Source: an uncultured Acidobacteriota bacterium
Lineage (GTDB): Bacteria; Acidobacteriota; UBA6911
Direction of reading: 5' to 3'
DNA length: 64,000 bases
Assembly (NCBI GenBank): GCA_963827655.1
Contig: CAWHCF010000006.1
Span: 64,001-128,000 of the forward strand
Shown here: positions 1 through 10,250 of the stretch, one piece after another
Layout of the letters: each line of letters opens with the position of its first letter
How positions within the stretch are numbered: the first letter of the stretch is position 1
Translations under genes and position numbers: made by a program
Notes under the pieces: generated by a model
Told to the model about the DNA's origin: nothing
The model's database searches: none
Seen by the model: the letters and a program-made list of their open reading frames with translations, nothing else

Positions 1-126
1 CTCCTTTGGGCAATTTCTTAGCGTCTTCGCGTCTTCGTGGTTAAGTGTGAAGCTGGAGCTTAAGGCTTCGAGACGCAGGGCGTTGGGTCATACAAAGGCG
101 GGCAGCCGATCGGGGAAGCGAGATCG

Positions 127-1974
127 CTAGAACAGGTCGGGAATTTTTGACATGTCCACGTCTTCGGTTCGAGATCCGTCTGAAGTGCGGCTGGCAATGA
201 ACTCGCCCGTCACCATTTCTTTGTAACCCATGCCCGGTCCGACCATAGGATAAACGCAGGCATCCTGATCAATCATTACCTCGAGGAAGGAAGGCCCCCG
301 GTGTTCGACGAAAGCCTTCAGAACTTCCTTTACCCGGGCCTTCTCCGTGAGGCGCTCGGCAAACCCGAATCCGTCCGCCTCGGCGGCCTTGACAAAGTCC
401 TTCTGGTGGAGCGATTTGTCCGTTCCGGAGAAGCGATTGTTGAAGTACATCTTCTGCCACTGCCGCACCATCCCGTCCCCGAGGTTATTCATAACCAGAA
501 CCTTTACCGGGAGATTGTAGGTGGTTGCCGTTTCCAGTTCACCCAGGTTCATGCGAATGCTGCCGTCTCCGTCTACGTCGATCACGAGGCGATCGGGGCA
601 GGCCGCCTGGGCGCCTATGGCCGCGGGAAGGCCGAACCCCATGGTGCCCATGGAACCCGAGGTCAGCCATGAACGCGGTCTCTTGAAATCGAAGTACTGG
701 GCCGCCCACATCTGGTGCTGGCCGACGCCGGTCGAGACGATCGCTTCACCCTTTGTGATCTCGTTCAGGCATTCGATCACGTAGTAAGGCTGGATGAGCT
801 TGCTGTCGCGGTCGTAATTCAAAGCGTGGCGTCTCTTCAGTCGCTGAACGTAGGCAACCCACTTCGAGAAATCTCTTTTGAAGCTCTTCCTCCCCTGGGC
901 AATGAGGTCGCTTAGGCCGGTCTTGGCATCGCCGATAAAAGACCAGGTGACGTGCTTGACCTTGCCGATCTCCGCCGCATCAATGTCTATGTGAGCGATG
1001 TATTTGGCGCGCGGCGCAAATTCATGGACCTTGCCGGCGACCCGGTCATCAAAGCGAGAGCCGACCGCGATCAGAAAATCGCAATCCTCGACCGCGTAGT
1101 TGGCGTAGGCCATGCCGTGCATCCCCAGCATGTGCAGCGAGAGATCATGGGTAGTATCTATCGCGCCGATGCCGAGCAGAGTTGTGACCACCGGAATCTG
1201 GAAGGTGGCGGCAAAGGCGCGCAGCTGTTCGGCGCCGTTGCCGTTGATGACTCCGCCGCCGGCATAGATGAGCGGCCGTTCACTCCTGCCGAGCAGATCA
1301 AAGAATGCTGCGCCTCTCTCCTCCGAAACTCTGGAGAGGCGAAGCGCCTTCATTCGAGCTTCGTAGCCGCGAAAATGGAGGAGACCTCCACCCTGGAACC
1401 CGCCGCTCCAGTTCTGGACGTCCTTGGGAATATCTACCACGACCGGTCCCGGACGTCCGCTGCGGGCCATCTCGAAAGCCGTGCGCATGGTGGCTTCGAG
1501 CTCCTCGGCCTTGTGAACCAGGAAGATATGCTTGGTGCACGGACTCATGATGTTGAATACGGGAGCTTCTTGAAAGGCGTCCGTGCCGATGGCGTGTCGC
1601 GGCACCTGGCCGCAAATCAGCACCACGGGAATCGAGTCGGCCATGCAGTCGCGAATGGGAGTGACGCTGTTTGTGGCGCCCGGTCCCGATGTGACCAGAA
1701 AGACACCCACCTTGCCGCTGGCCCGCGCGTAACCTGCCGCCATGAAGCCAGCCCCCTGTTCATTGGCAGGCACGATCAAGCGGATTGGATTCGCGCCTCG
1801 CCCTTCCTGCACGGCGTTATAGCGGAAGATCGAGTCATAGGTCGGCAGGATGGCGCCGCCGCTGTAACCAAAGATCGTGTCGACGCCCTCATCCGCGAGC
1901 ACCTGAATGATCATATCCGCCCCGCTCATGGATTTGCCTGCGAGCGGATGCCGAGCCATCAATTGTGGCTTCAT
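127..1974 (-). CDS. ilvB: Acetolactate synthase large (catalytic) subunit
   Basis: FGYSGGAILP, EQGAGFMAAGYARASG, TSGPGATN, GQHQMWAAQ, SGSMGTMGFGLPAAIGA and the ThDP motif GDGS...NN; ATG at 1974 after GGGAG. Confidence 0.96.
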   Translation of the reverse strand: MKPQLMARHPLAGKSMSGADMIIQVLADEGVDTIFGYSGGAILPTYDSIFRYNAVQEGRGANPIRLIVPANEQGAGFMAAGYARASGKVGVFLVTSGPGATNSVTPIRDCMADSIPVVLICGQVPRHAIGTDAFQEAPVFNIMSPCTKHIFLVHKAEELEATMRTAFEMARSGRPGPVVVDIPKDVQNWSGGFQGGGLLHFRGYEARMKALRLSRVSEERGAAFFDLLGRSERPLIYAGGGVINGNGAEQLRAFAATFQIPVVTTLLGIGAIDTTHDLSLHMLGMHGMAYANYAVEDCDFLIAVGSRFDDRVAGKVHEFAPRAKYIAHIDIDAAEIGKVKHVTWSFIGDAKTGLSDLIAQGRKSFKRDFSKWVAYVQRLKRRHALNYDRDSKLIQPYYVIECLNEITKGEAIVSTGVGQHQMWAAQYFDFKRPRSWLTSGSMGTMGFGLPAAIGAQAACPDRLVIDVDGDGSIRMNLGELETATTYNLPVKVLVMNNLGDGMVRQWQKMYFNNRFSGTDKSLHQKDFVKAAEADGFGFAERLTEKARVKEVLKAFVEHRGPSFLEVMIDQDACVYPMVGPGMGYKEMVTGEFIASRTSDGSRTEDVDMSKIPDLF

Positions 1975-2056
1975 GGTTTTCTCCCGAAACGAAACAAATA
2001 CCACCAAGACGCCAGGACACGAAGACGAAGCATCGGTCTCTCAATCCGCAATCGTC

Positions 2057-3109
2057 TTAATTCCTGTCGCCTGCCTTGGCCATAACCTCATTGGGCTGCG
2101 CCTGAACCGTGTGCGACGTCTTGGGCAGGAACGACATCATCTCGCGCAGCCGCTTACCCACAACCTCCACCGAATGTGCCGCCTCCTCACCGCGCATGCG
2201 GTTGAAATTCTGACGGCCGGTCTCGTTCTCGGCAATCCATTCTTTGGCGAACTCGCCGCTCTGAATGTCGGCCAGTATCTTCCTCATGGTTTCCCGGACA
2301 TGATCGTCTACAACCTTGGGACCGCGGCTGTAGTCACCATATTCCGCCGTGTCGCTTACCGAATAGCGCATGTAGGCGAGGCCGCCCTGGTAAATCAGGT
2401 CGACGATCAGTTTCAGCTCATGCAGACATTCAAAATACGCGATCTCAGGCTGGTATCCCGCGTTCACCAATGTTTCGTAAGCAGCCTTTATCAAGGCCGA
2501 AACACCGCCGCAAAGCACCGACTGTTCGCCAAACAGGTCGCTTTCGGTCTCTTCTTTGAAAGTAGTTTCGATAACGCCCGCCTTGAGGGCTCCCAGCGCG
2601 TGCGCATACGCAAGCGCATTCTGCCGGGCCCGCCCGGAAGCGTCCTGGTGCACGGCCAAAAGCGCTGGAACTCCGACGTCCTCCACATAGAGTTCCCGCA
2701 CGCGATGGCCGGGACCCTTGGGAGCAATCATCGAAACATCCACCGTCGCGGGCGGGATCACCTGCTTGAAATGAATATTGAAGCCATGGGCAAACATCAG
2801 GGTCTGGCCCGGACGAAGATGGGGAGCAATCGACTCCTGATACACTTTTTTCTGAGTTTGATCCGGAATCAGGACCATGACGAAGTCAGCCAGTTTCGTT
2901 GCATCCTCCACGGCGCGGACCGCGAGTCCGGCTGCCTTTGCCCTCTCAGCGGATGGGCTGCCGGTATAACACGCGACCATCACGTCCACACCGCTATCAC
3001 GCAGGTTAAGCGCATGCGCATGCCCCTGGCTTCCATAGCCTACAACTGCCACCCGTTTTCCCTTCAACAGCGTGAGGTCTCCGTGCTGTTCGTAGTAGAT
3101 ATTGGCCAT
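2057..3109 (-). CDS. ilvC: Ketol-acid reductoisomerase
   Basis: [55 protein letters not shown]. Confidence 0.97.
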   Translation of the reverse strand: MANIYYEQHGDLTLLKGKRVAVVGYGSQGHAHALNLRDSGVDVMVACYTGSPSAERAKAAGLAVRAVEDATKLADFVMVLIPDQTQKKVYQESIAPHLRPGQTLMFAHGFNIHFKQVIPPATVDVSMIAPKGPGHRVRELYVEDVGVPALLAVHQDASGRARQNALAYAHALGALKAGVIETTFKEETESDLFGEQSVLCGGVSALIKAAYETLVNAGYQPEIAYFECLHELKLIVDLIYQGGLAYMRYSVSDTAEYGDYSRGPKVVDDHVRETMRKILADIQSGEFAKEWIAENETGRQNFNRMRGEEAAHSVEVVGKRLREMMSFLPKTSHTVQAQPNEVMAKAGDRN

Positions 3110-3131
3110 CGTTGTTCTCCCCAGTTTTTTT

Positions 3132-3698
3132 CTATGAAGTTGCGGTTAAAGAACTGTCGTCGCGCCCGGGCGCCGCCACGACAGAATTACGCTGCAGCGC
3201 CACTCTTCCCGTTCGCACCATGTCATCGATTCCGTACGGGCGCACAACATCGAGGAAGGCCTCGACCTTGCCCGAATCACCGGTAACCTCGAAGACATAG
3301 CTCTCCGGAGTCGCGGTAACGACCCGGGCCCGAAAAATCTCCGCCTCGGTCAGAAGCGTCGCCCGCTTTTCATGAGGCGCCCGTACCCGTACCAGCAGCA
3401 GCTCGCGCTCGACGCAATTCTCATTCGTCAGGTCGACGGCGTTGACAACGTCCATCAGCTTGTTCACATGCTTCAGAATCTGCTGGGCCAAATTGGGTTC
3501 GCAGCGCACGACCATGGTAATGCGCGAGAGCGACGGGTCGGAGCCGCCCGCCACGGTCAAGCTTTCGATGTTGTATCCGCGAGCGCTGAACATTCCGGCT
3601 ACCCGGGCCAGCACGCCGAACCTGTTTTCCACCAGGACCGACAGCGTTCTTGTCCCCTGTTCGTGATCAGCTTGAGACTTTGATCCGGTTTGCGCCAT
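3132..3698 (-). CDS. ilvN: Acetolactate synthase small (regulatory, ACT) subunit
   Basis: [45 protein letters not shown]; start taken at ATG 3698. Confidence 0.93.
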   Translation of the reverse strand: MAQTGSKSQADHEQGTRTLSVLVENRFGVLARVAGMFSARGYNIESLTVAGGSDPSLSRITMVVRCEPNLAQQILKHVNKLMDVVNAVDLTNENCVERELLLVRVRAPHEKRATLLTEAEIFRARVVTATPESYVFEVTGDSGKVEAFLDVVRPYGIDDMVRTGRVALQRNSVVAAPGRDDSSLTATS

Positions 3699-3825
3699 TT
3701 TGATTTCCGTCTGCGTTCCGTGGTTGCTCGAAAGCGCGTCAGGCGCTTGCAATGAAATGATGAACAGCGCGATAAGGCTATGAACGCTTCGCGCTGCGTG
3801 ATCCGTTCCCTCTCGACGCCTATCT

Positions 3826-3859
3826 AAAAAAAAAGCCGTCATCCGGTTCGGATGACGGC
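3826..3859 (-). terminator. Intrinsic terminator of the ilv attenuator
   Basis: Minus strand GCCGTCATCCG-AAC-CGGATGACGGC followed by T9, between the leader ORF and ilvN. Confidence 0.9.
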
Positions 3860-3886
3860 CTTGGGTATCCCCCATTTATTATGCCA

Positions 3887-4060
3887 TCATCCGAACCACA
3901 ACGGGCGGACAAGGACGGAAGCTACATTAATAATAAGTCCGAATACCAGAGAGAGCGCGACTACGAGAGGAAGAGACAGATCACCAAGGATAAATTTGCG
4001 AATCCGATCCTGAATCCGACCCTTAAGGAACCTTCTCATAAGGAACCTTCTCATAAGCAT
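3887..4060 (-). CDS. ilv operon leader peptide (57 aa, Leu/Val/Ile-rich)
   Basis: GGAGGA SD 9 nt upstream of the ATG; 18 of 31 codons in ILGD...VRPL are L/V/I; the stop codon lies inside the antiterminator strand (3883-3897). Confidence 0.8.
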   Translation of the reverse strand: MLMRRFLMRRFLKGRIQDRIRKFILGDLSLPLVVALSLVFGLIINVASVLVRPLWFG

Positions 4061-4092
4061 GACGTGGTATCCTCCGACTTTTGTAAAGCACG

Positions 4093-4122
4093 AAAGTAAC
4101 AATAATAACCAATCACTGTCAA
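4093..4122 (-). promoter_or_regulatory. Sigma70-type promoter for the ilv leader
   Basis: TTGACA-N18-TACTTT with an extended-10 TG, about 30 nt upstream of the leader ATG. Confidence 0.6.
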
Positions 4123-4408
4123 CAACTTTTACTCCTGCCGACCTTCGCGTCCTTGTGGTGAAGGTTTCTTATGTTCGCACCGCTTTTACTTCCTTTGCGC
4201 CTTCCCGTCCTTGGAGTGCGGTAGCTTGCTGCCGCTCTGGTTTGCTAAGCTCGCTTCTCCTTCCCGCTGCAAAAGCAAGGTGTGAATCAATTGACGGGTG
4301 CCCCTAGTCACGTTCTCAGGGACGGAGTCGGCGAAGCAAGCTTCGCCGTGGAGTTCGGACATTTTTTCGCCGGAGCCGAAGGTCCGGCACGCCTAGCCTA
4401 ACCCCGGG

Positions 4409-4546
4409 CCGTGGCCAAAATCCGATTACGACCACGTCCACGACTGCACGTGCTCGTGGTCGCCGGTTGCTGTTGTTCGAGGATTTGGCTCTCACAACCA
4501 TGGGCGCCAATCCGCGGCACTTGAAAGCTTCAATCAAAGACATCCA
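4409..4546 (-). repeat. Dispersed ~140-bp repeat, copy 1
   Basis: Reverse complement aligns with 32412-32582. Confidence 0.85.
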
Positions 4547-4567
4547 CAAGCTTCGCCCCTCACTGGT

Positions 4568-4596
4568 TTGCGCCTCAACATGCTATCCCGTATAAT
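4568..4596 (+). promoter_or_regulatory. Sigma70-type promoter for the rpoH-like gene
   Basis: TTGCGC-N17-TATAAT, about 30 nt upstream of GTG 4626. Confidence 0.6.
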
Positions 4597-4625
4597 TCCG
4601 CGACGGTTCACACCGGGGACTCTTC

Positions 4626-5613
4626 GTGAACGAGAAATCTGAAGAAACAGAAATCGAGCCGCTCCAAGCGGAACTCTCAGCCCGAAGAGACCAAACTCGA
4701 AGACTACCTGGAACCTAAAGAGGACGTCCAGATCGATTCAACCGAGCTGGCACGGTACGATCCCCTCAAGCGCTATCTCCTCGAAATCAGCCGATTCGCG
4801 CCGCTAACGCGCGAAGAAGAGCACCGGATGGCCCTTCTCTACCAGGAGGGCGACCGGGAAGCCGCGTATCGACTGGTGACATCGAATCTGAAACTCGTCG
4901 TAAAGATAGCCATGATCTACCAGAAGGTTTACCGCAATATTCTGGATTTGATCCAGGAGGGGAATATCGGCTTGATCCAGGCCGTCAAGCGTTTCGATCC
5001 TTTCCGGGGCACCCGCCTTCCCACTTATGCGGCCTGGTGGATCAAAGCCTACATCATCAAGTTTCTATTCGACAATTCCAGGATGGTGAAGATCGGAACC
5101 ACCAACACCCGGCGGAAAATTCTCATGAACCTCAATCGTGAGAAGCGGGAGCTCGAATCGAAAGGGATTACGCCGACGTCGCAGCTGCTGGCAAGAAACC
5201 TGGGCGTAGAAGAAAGCGAAATTATCGAAGTGGAGCAGGGAATGTCGGGTCCGGATATCTCCCTGGACGCGCCGGTAAAGGGCGACAGCGACCTGCGCAT
5301 CGTCGACACCCTCAACGTGGTCGAGGAAAGCGTCGACGATAAAATCGCGCGCGGCGAGTTCCAGGAACTCATCCAGGATAAATTCGCCGAATTCGAGCAG
5401 ACTCTTTCCGAAAGAGAGCGCGTGATACTGAACAACCGGCTTATTGCCGAGAGCCCTCAGACATTGCAGCAGATCGCGGACCCGTATGGCGTTTCCCGTG
5501 AGGCGATTCGAGTGGCGGAGAAAAAGCTGATCGCCCGGCTCAAGAAATACATGACTGATTCTTTCAAGGACGTTCGCGAGATAGAAATCCACCTCGGGAG
5601 TCAGGAGCATTGA
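4626..5613 (+). CDS. rpoH: Sigma-32/RpoH-like sigma factor; apparent frameshift near 4680
   Basis: Region 1.2 YDPLKRYLLEISRFAPLTREEE is in frame upstream of ATG 4828; DLIQEGNIGL; RpoH-box-like GTTNTRRKILMNL; region 4 GVSREAIR. GTG 4626 (after GGGGA) is in a different frame. Confidence 0.75.
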
Positions 5614-6608
5614 GGCATTTCGGCGTTCGCGTCACCGATCGCTTTCGCCTGGACACGCTGCGGACTCTCATTCTTGAAAACGAACTGCTTCGTGTCACCT
5701 TCCTGATAGACCAGGGTTGCGACATCATCGAGCTGTTGTACAAACCCAAGGATGTTGATTTCCTGTGGCGTTCGCCGCAGGGCGTCCGGCGCCGGGACCA
5801 CTTCATTCCTACCTCAAGCACGCAGCGGCCGTTCTTCGATTACTACGAAGGGGGCTGGCAGGAGTTGTTCCCTCACGCCAGCCGGGCTACCGAATATGCA
5901 AATGCGGAGCTGGGATTCCACGGCGAGGTGTGGGGCCTTCCATGGGATTACCAGATCCTGACCGACCAGCCGGAAGAGGTGGTCGTCCGATTCTGGGTTC
6001 GCACCGTGCGGCTCCCCTTTTATCTGGAGCGGACGGTATCGCTTCGCACGCAGGAATCGACACTGCGCTTCCACGAGGTTGTGCGCAACGAAGGCAAGAC
6101 GCCGTTGGACTTCATGTGGGGGCACCACCCGGCCTTTGGACGCCCCTTCCTCGACGACCACTGCATCCTCAATGCCCCTGCCCGGAAGGTGCAGATCGGC
6201 GAGGAGTTGGTTCCCTGGCCGGTCGATCGCAACGGGACCGACCACAGCCGGCTCGTCCCCGAGAAGTCCGACAGGGAAGTGATGAAGTATCTGCATCAGC
6301 TGCGTGAAGGATGGGTTGCGCTGACAAATCCCAGGAAAAAGCTGGGCGTCGCGCTGGTCTTCGATACCAGGATCTTCAGTTTTGTCTGGCTGTGGCAGGA
6401 GTTCGGATACACCCAGGATTTCCCGTGGTTCGGCCGCGCGTACGTGCTCGGCGTGGAGCCTCAAAGCAGCTTGCCGGGAGCGCGGGAATCAAACGGGAGG
6501 TTGTTGCACCTCGAGGGAGAGAGTAAGATCGAAACGGATCTCCTGGCTGTGGTTTATGAAGGGAGCGCAGTTCGCCGTGTTACGGCGGAGGGACGGGTCC
6601 TTCGATGA
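5610..6608 (+). CDS. Galactose mutarotase-like / DUF4432-type protein
   Basis: LENELLRV, YEGGWQELFP, FHGEVW, WGHHPAFG, LGVEP; TTG start overlaps the upstream stop. Confidence 0.75.
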   Translation: MRHFGVRVTDRFRLDTLRTLILENELLRVTFLIDQGCDIIELLYKPKDVDFLWRSPQGVRRRDHFIPTSSTQRPFFDYYEGGWQELFPHASRATEYANAELGFHGEVWGLPWDYQILTDQPEEVVVRFWVRTVRLPFYLERTVSLRTQESTLRFHEVVRNEGKTPLDFMWGHHPAFGRPFLDDHCILNAPARKVQIGEELVPWPVDRNGTDHSRLVPEKSDREVMKYLHQLREGWVALTNPRKKLGVALVFDTRIFSFVWLWQEFGYTQDFPWFGRAYVLGVEPQSSLPGARESNGRLLHLEGESKIETDLLAVVYEGSAVRRVTAEGRVLR

Positions 6609-6653
6609 TGAGACAAAATCCACCGCCAGGACCCGAAGGCACAAAGAAAAAAT

Positions 6654-8687
6654 ATGATCGAGATCAAGCGCAGCGTCTGCCCGCTGGACTGTCCTGATAC
6701 CTGTTCGATTCTGGTCACGGTCGAAGACGGCAAACTGGTCAAGCTGCAGGGCGACCCGGATCATCCTTTTACGCGCGGCTATCTCTGCGGGAAGGTCTCG
6801 CGCTATGACGAGCGGGTTTACTCGCCGGAGCGACTGCTGCATCCGATGAAACGGACAGGGCCGAAGGGAACCCAGCAGTTCCGGAGAATTACCTGGGATG
6901 AAGCCCTGGACACGATCGCCGCCCGTTTTCAGAAGATCGTGGAAGAACACGGCGGTGAGGCTATCCTTCCTTACTCATACGGAGGAACCCTGGGTGTAGT
7001 CCAGCGCAACGCGGGCCACCGGTTCTTTCACCGTCTGGGCGCCAGCCGGCTTGTGCGCACCATCTGCAGTCCCGCAGCAACCTTCGGTTTTAATTACACG
7101 GTGGGAGCGTCTCTCGGGCCCGATCCCGAGTCGGTTACGGAGTCGGACTACATCGTGATCTGGGGGCAGAATACCGCGGTGGTAAATCTCCACCTGATGC
7201 CTTTCATCAAGGAGGCGCGCCACTCCGGAGCGAAGCTCGTGGTCATCGATCCTTACCGGAATGACACCGCCCGCCTTGCCGACGTTCACCTGCAACCGCT
7301 CCCCGGCACGGATGCCGCCCTGGCCCTGGGCATCATGCACGTTCTAATTGCCGAAGACCGGGTTAATCGCGAGTACATTGCATCACACACCCTCGGGTAC
7401 CAGCAGCTAAGAGAGCGGGTCCTGCGGGAATATCCCCCCGAAAAAGCCAGCGCCATAACCCGCGTGCCGGTCGAATCAATCCGGCAACTGGCGCGCGAAT
7501 ACGGGTCCGCTCGGGCGCCCTTCATCAGGATCGGAGACGGGCTTTCCCGTCACACCAACGGCGGTATCGCAGTCCGCAGCATTGCCTGCCTGCCGGGACT
7601 GGTGGGCTCATTTGCCCGGAAAGGAGGAGGCGCTTTTCAGAGCACCGGAGGATCCTTCAAGATCGATGAAGACTACGTGCGCATGCCTGACCTCTCTCCC
7701 GACGGCGTGCGCAAGATCAATATGGTCAAGCTTGGCGACGTCCTGACTTCAGGTCTCAAACCCCCCGTTCTCGGCCTCTACGTCTACCATTGCAATCCGG
7801 CCGCCGTGGCGCCGGACCAGTCCCGCGTACTTCAAGGGCTTCGGCGCGAGGACTTGTTCACCGTCGTGCACGAACAGGTCATGACCGATACCGTAGACTA
7901 TGCCGACATCGCACTTCCGGCGACTACGTTTCTCGAACATGGCGATCTCTACAAATCATACGGCCACCTCTATCTGCAGAAAGCGGATCCGGCGATCGCG
8001 CCCCTCGGAGAGTCGAAGTCGAATCTGGAAGTGTTCCAGCTATTGGCCGCCCGCATGGGGTTCATGGAGGAAATATTCCAGGAGCCGCTGGAGAGCCAGA
8101 TAGAAGGTAGTTTGAACGTAGCGAGCAAGGAACTCGAAGGCGCCGGTTACCCGCAGATCAGAGACGGGAAGCCGCATCGTTTGAACGTGCCCGCGCAGCC
8201 CTACGAAAGCGGCTTTCCCACGCCTTCCGGAAAACTCGAATTCTATTCGGAGACGCTTGAAAAACTAGGGATCGATCCGCTCCCCTTCTACCGACCCTGC
8301 TATCACTCGAACGGGGAGGGGGAGGATGGAGCGCTCCATCTGCTGGCGCCCCCATCCAAGCATTTCCTGAATTCGACTTTCGGCGCCGTGCCGAGCCTGG
8401 TCGAGCGGGCTCGACGCCCTTCACTCCTCATTCACCCGGCCGAGGCCGCGGCGCGTAGTCTAGAGGACGGTCAGCTGGTGCGGGTTCACAATGAGAACGG
8501 AGAATGCAGGCTGTACGCAGCACTCACGGAGGATGCGCCTCGAGGCGTCGTCGTGGCGGCCTCGGTCTGGTGGCAAAAACATTCTCCCGACGGAAAAGGA
8601 ATCAACCACCTTACTTCACAAAAGACGACCGACCTCGGAGACGGCAGCACCTTTCACTGCAATCTGGTCCATGTCTCGCCTGCCTGA
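6654..8687 (+). CDS. Molybdopterin (bis-MGD) oxidoreductase family protein
   Basis: N-terminal Fe-S motif CPLDCPDTC...LCGK, DIALPATTFLE, FPTPSGKLEF, C-terminal molydop-binding domain. Confidence 0.9.
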   Translation: MIEIKRSVCPLDCPDTCSILVTVEDGKLVKLQGDPDHPFTRGYLCGKVSRYDERVYSPERLLHPMKRTGPKGTQQFRRITWDEALDTIAARFQKIVEEHGGEAILPYSYGGTLGVVQRNAGHRFFHRLGASRLVRTICSPAATFGFNYTVGASLGPDPESVTESDYIVIWGQNTAVVNLHLMPFIKEARHSGAKLVVIDPYRNDTARLADVHLQPLPGTDAALALGIMHVLIAEDRVNREYIASHTLGYQQLRERVLREYPPEKASAITRVPVESIRQLAREYGSARAPFIRIGDGLSRHTNGGIAVRSIACLPGLVGSFARKGGGAFQSTGGSFKIDEDYVRMPDLSPDGVRKINMVKLGDVLTSGLKPPVLGLYVYHCNPAAVAPDQSRVLQGLRREDLFTVVHEQVMTDTVDYADIALPATTFLEHGDLYKSYGHLYLQKADPAIAPLGESKSNLEVFQLLAARMGFMEEIFQEPLESQIEGSLNVASKELEGAGYPQIRDGKPHRLNVPAQPYESGFPTPSGKLEFYSETLEKLGIDPLPFYRPCYHSNGEGEDGALHLLAPPSKHFLNSTFGAVPSLVERARRPSLLIHPAEAAARSLEDGQLVRVHNENGECRLYAALTEDAPRGVVVAASVWWQKHSPDGKGINHLTSQKTTDLGDGSTFHCNLVHVSPA

Positions 8688-8761
8688 ACGGTGCAAGACT
8701 GACCGCGTTCACAACCGCGCTCATCGACAATTTGGCGAGAAGTTCGAAAGGAGAGAACTCA

Positions 8762-9157
8762 ATGCAAGCAGAGCAGAAAGTCACGGGTAACGCAGCAGCC
8801 AACTTGAGTGAGTATGATGCGATTACCAGGACGGTTCAGCACTATATCAATGGCGCCAGGTCGGGCCGAGGCGCCGACATGAAGCCCGCCTTCCACCCGG
8901 ATGCAACGATCTTTGGCTATGTCGGCGCCGATCTGTTCGCCGGGCCTATCCAGCAGCTCTTTGACTGGAATGATCAGAATGGCCCGGCAACAGAGCTTCA
9001 GGCGCGGATCGCCAGCATTGATATCATCGGCACGGTTGCCACGGTGCGCCTGGAACTCGACAACTGGACCGGCCATCGGTTCACCGACCTGTTTACGCTT
9101 CTCAACGTTGAGGGGGAATGGACGATTATAAACAAGGTCTTCTACCTGCACCCCTGA
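8762..9157 (+). CDS. NTF2-like (putative lumazine-binding family) protein
   Basis: YINGARSG..MKPAFHPDA, FTDLFTLL..EGEWTIINKVF; SD GGAGA. Confidence 0.8.
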   Translation: MQAEQKVTGNAAANLSEYDAITRTVQHYINGARSGRGADMKPAFHPDATIFGYVGADLFAGPIQQLFDWNDQNGPATELQARIASIDIIGTVATVRLELDNWTGHRFTDLFTLLNVEGEWTIINKVFYLHP

Positions 9158-9274
9158 AGGTGCAATAGCATTGAAACCTTCGCCTGATTCAACTGCCGCG
9201 ACGCGAGGTAGAACACTTACTCGCTTCTCCAGCGTTGAATAAAACCCATCATCCACAAGCAAGGGAGCAGCAAT

Positions 9275-9340
9275 ATGGCAAACCCTCGAAATCTGCTCAC
9301 GTCGTCTACAGCACAAGACGCTTCGAGGAAATGATTGATA
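9275..9340 (+). pseudogene. 5' remnant of a VOC/extradiol dioxygenase-like gene
   Basis: SD plus ATG, then (with 1-nt shift) KPSKSAHVVYSTRRFEEMID, resembling VOC N-termini; similarity ends abruptly. Confidence 0.4.
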
Positions 9341-9416
9341 GCTCGGCTTTACGCCAGGCCCGATGGCCCGGCGAATTCATCAACCAGCAGTACCAACTAA
9401 TGGGAGAACCTAATAT

Positions 9417-9821
9417 ATGCAAGGCGAAAAGATCGGCGAAGAATCAGGGAAGGTGACGTCACGGAGAGTTCTGCCGAACCCGGGTGGCAGCCCGAAGATG
9501 GAAACCTCCGTGCAGACCGACCTGACGTTGCTCGGTGTAAAAGCAACCAATACGGTGACCTACTGGTCAGCTGTCCGGCCCGATGGGACTTTGTATGGCG
9601 AAGGCCAGGGTATCGTCATGGGCAAGGAGGGAGACCTGGCCACATTCATAGGCCAAGGTGTCGGCACTATTAAGAAAGATGGCTCCGTCAGTTTTCGCGG
9701 CGCCCTGTACTATCAGAGTTCGTCCCCCAAGTGGTCGCGGCTGAACAGCGTTGCCGCGATCTTCGAACACGAGGTCGACAGCGCGGGGAACGTCCACTCA
9801 CAGTCATGGGAATGGAAGTAG
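9417..9821 (+). CDS. Conserved hypothetical protein (beta-rich)
   Basis: Clean ORF with SD GGGAG; RPDGTLYGEGQG, FRGALYY, C-terminal WEWK. Confidence 0.75.
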   Translation: MQGEKIGEESGKVTSRRVLPNPGGSPKMETSVQTDLTLLGVKATNTVTYWSAVRPDGTLYGEGQGIVMGKEGDLATFIGQGVGTIKKDGSVSFRGALYYQSSSPKWSRLNSVAAIFEHEVDSAGNVHSQSWEWK

Positions 9822-9886
9822 CACGCGGCTTAGCGGTTTTCAGCGAGGTGGTTCGACCGCCAAACGCGTGATACACTTTACACACT

Positions 9887-10099
9887 GTGAAGCTCGACGA
9901 TTACAAAATCATTCTCTATAGGCAGCCGGACGGTAGCTGGGTGGCTGAGGTGCCGGCGATTCCCGGCTGCTATGCGTTGATGCCGAGCAAAGACGAAGCG
10001 CTTGCTGAACTCGACGCGGTCTTCGTCATGCTGTCGCAGGAGTACGCCGAAAAGGGGCTGTCCCTCCCAGCGGATACCACTGAGATCGTGAATGCCTAG
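9887..10099 (+). CDS. hicB: HicB-family antitoxin (short form)
   Basis: DGSWVAEVPAIPGCYA...EALAEL; stop overlaps the hicA start. Confidence 0.85.
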   Translation: MKLDDYKIILYRQPDGSWVAEVPAIPGCYALMPSKDEALAELDAVFVMLSQEYAEKGLSLPADTTEIVNA

Positions 10100-10250
10100 C
10101 GCTACTGCGCGCGACTTCGAGGCGGTTGCGCGTAAGCTGGGCTTCGCCCGAACTCGGCAGACTGGAAGCCACGAGCGCTGGAACCACGCTGACGGGCGGG
10201 CTGTGACGATTCCACTCCTACGGTGGACGTGAGATCGGCCCGCCGCACCT
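10092..10250 (+). pseudogene. hicA: HicA-family toxin, frameshifted and apparently truncated
   Basis: MPSATARDFEAVARKLGFARTRQTGSHERWNHADGRAVTIPL (GSH motif), stop at 10230; the shifted frame continues YGGREIGPP and then degenerates. Confidence 0.75.

Noticed and set aside
952-3286. Long plus-strand ORFs (377 and 459 aa) and similar antisense ORFs across the window
   Set aside because: Shadow ORFs opposite well-supported genes, as expected in high-GC DNA; no motifs.
3700-4130. T-box or riboswitch upstream of ilv
   Set aside because: No T-box AGGTGGTACCGCG-type motif; the leader-peptide attenuator explains the structure.
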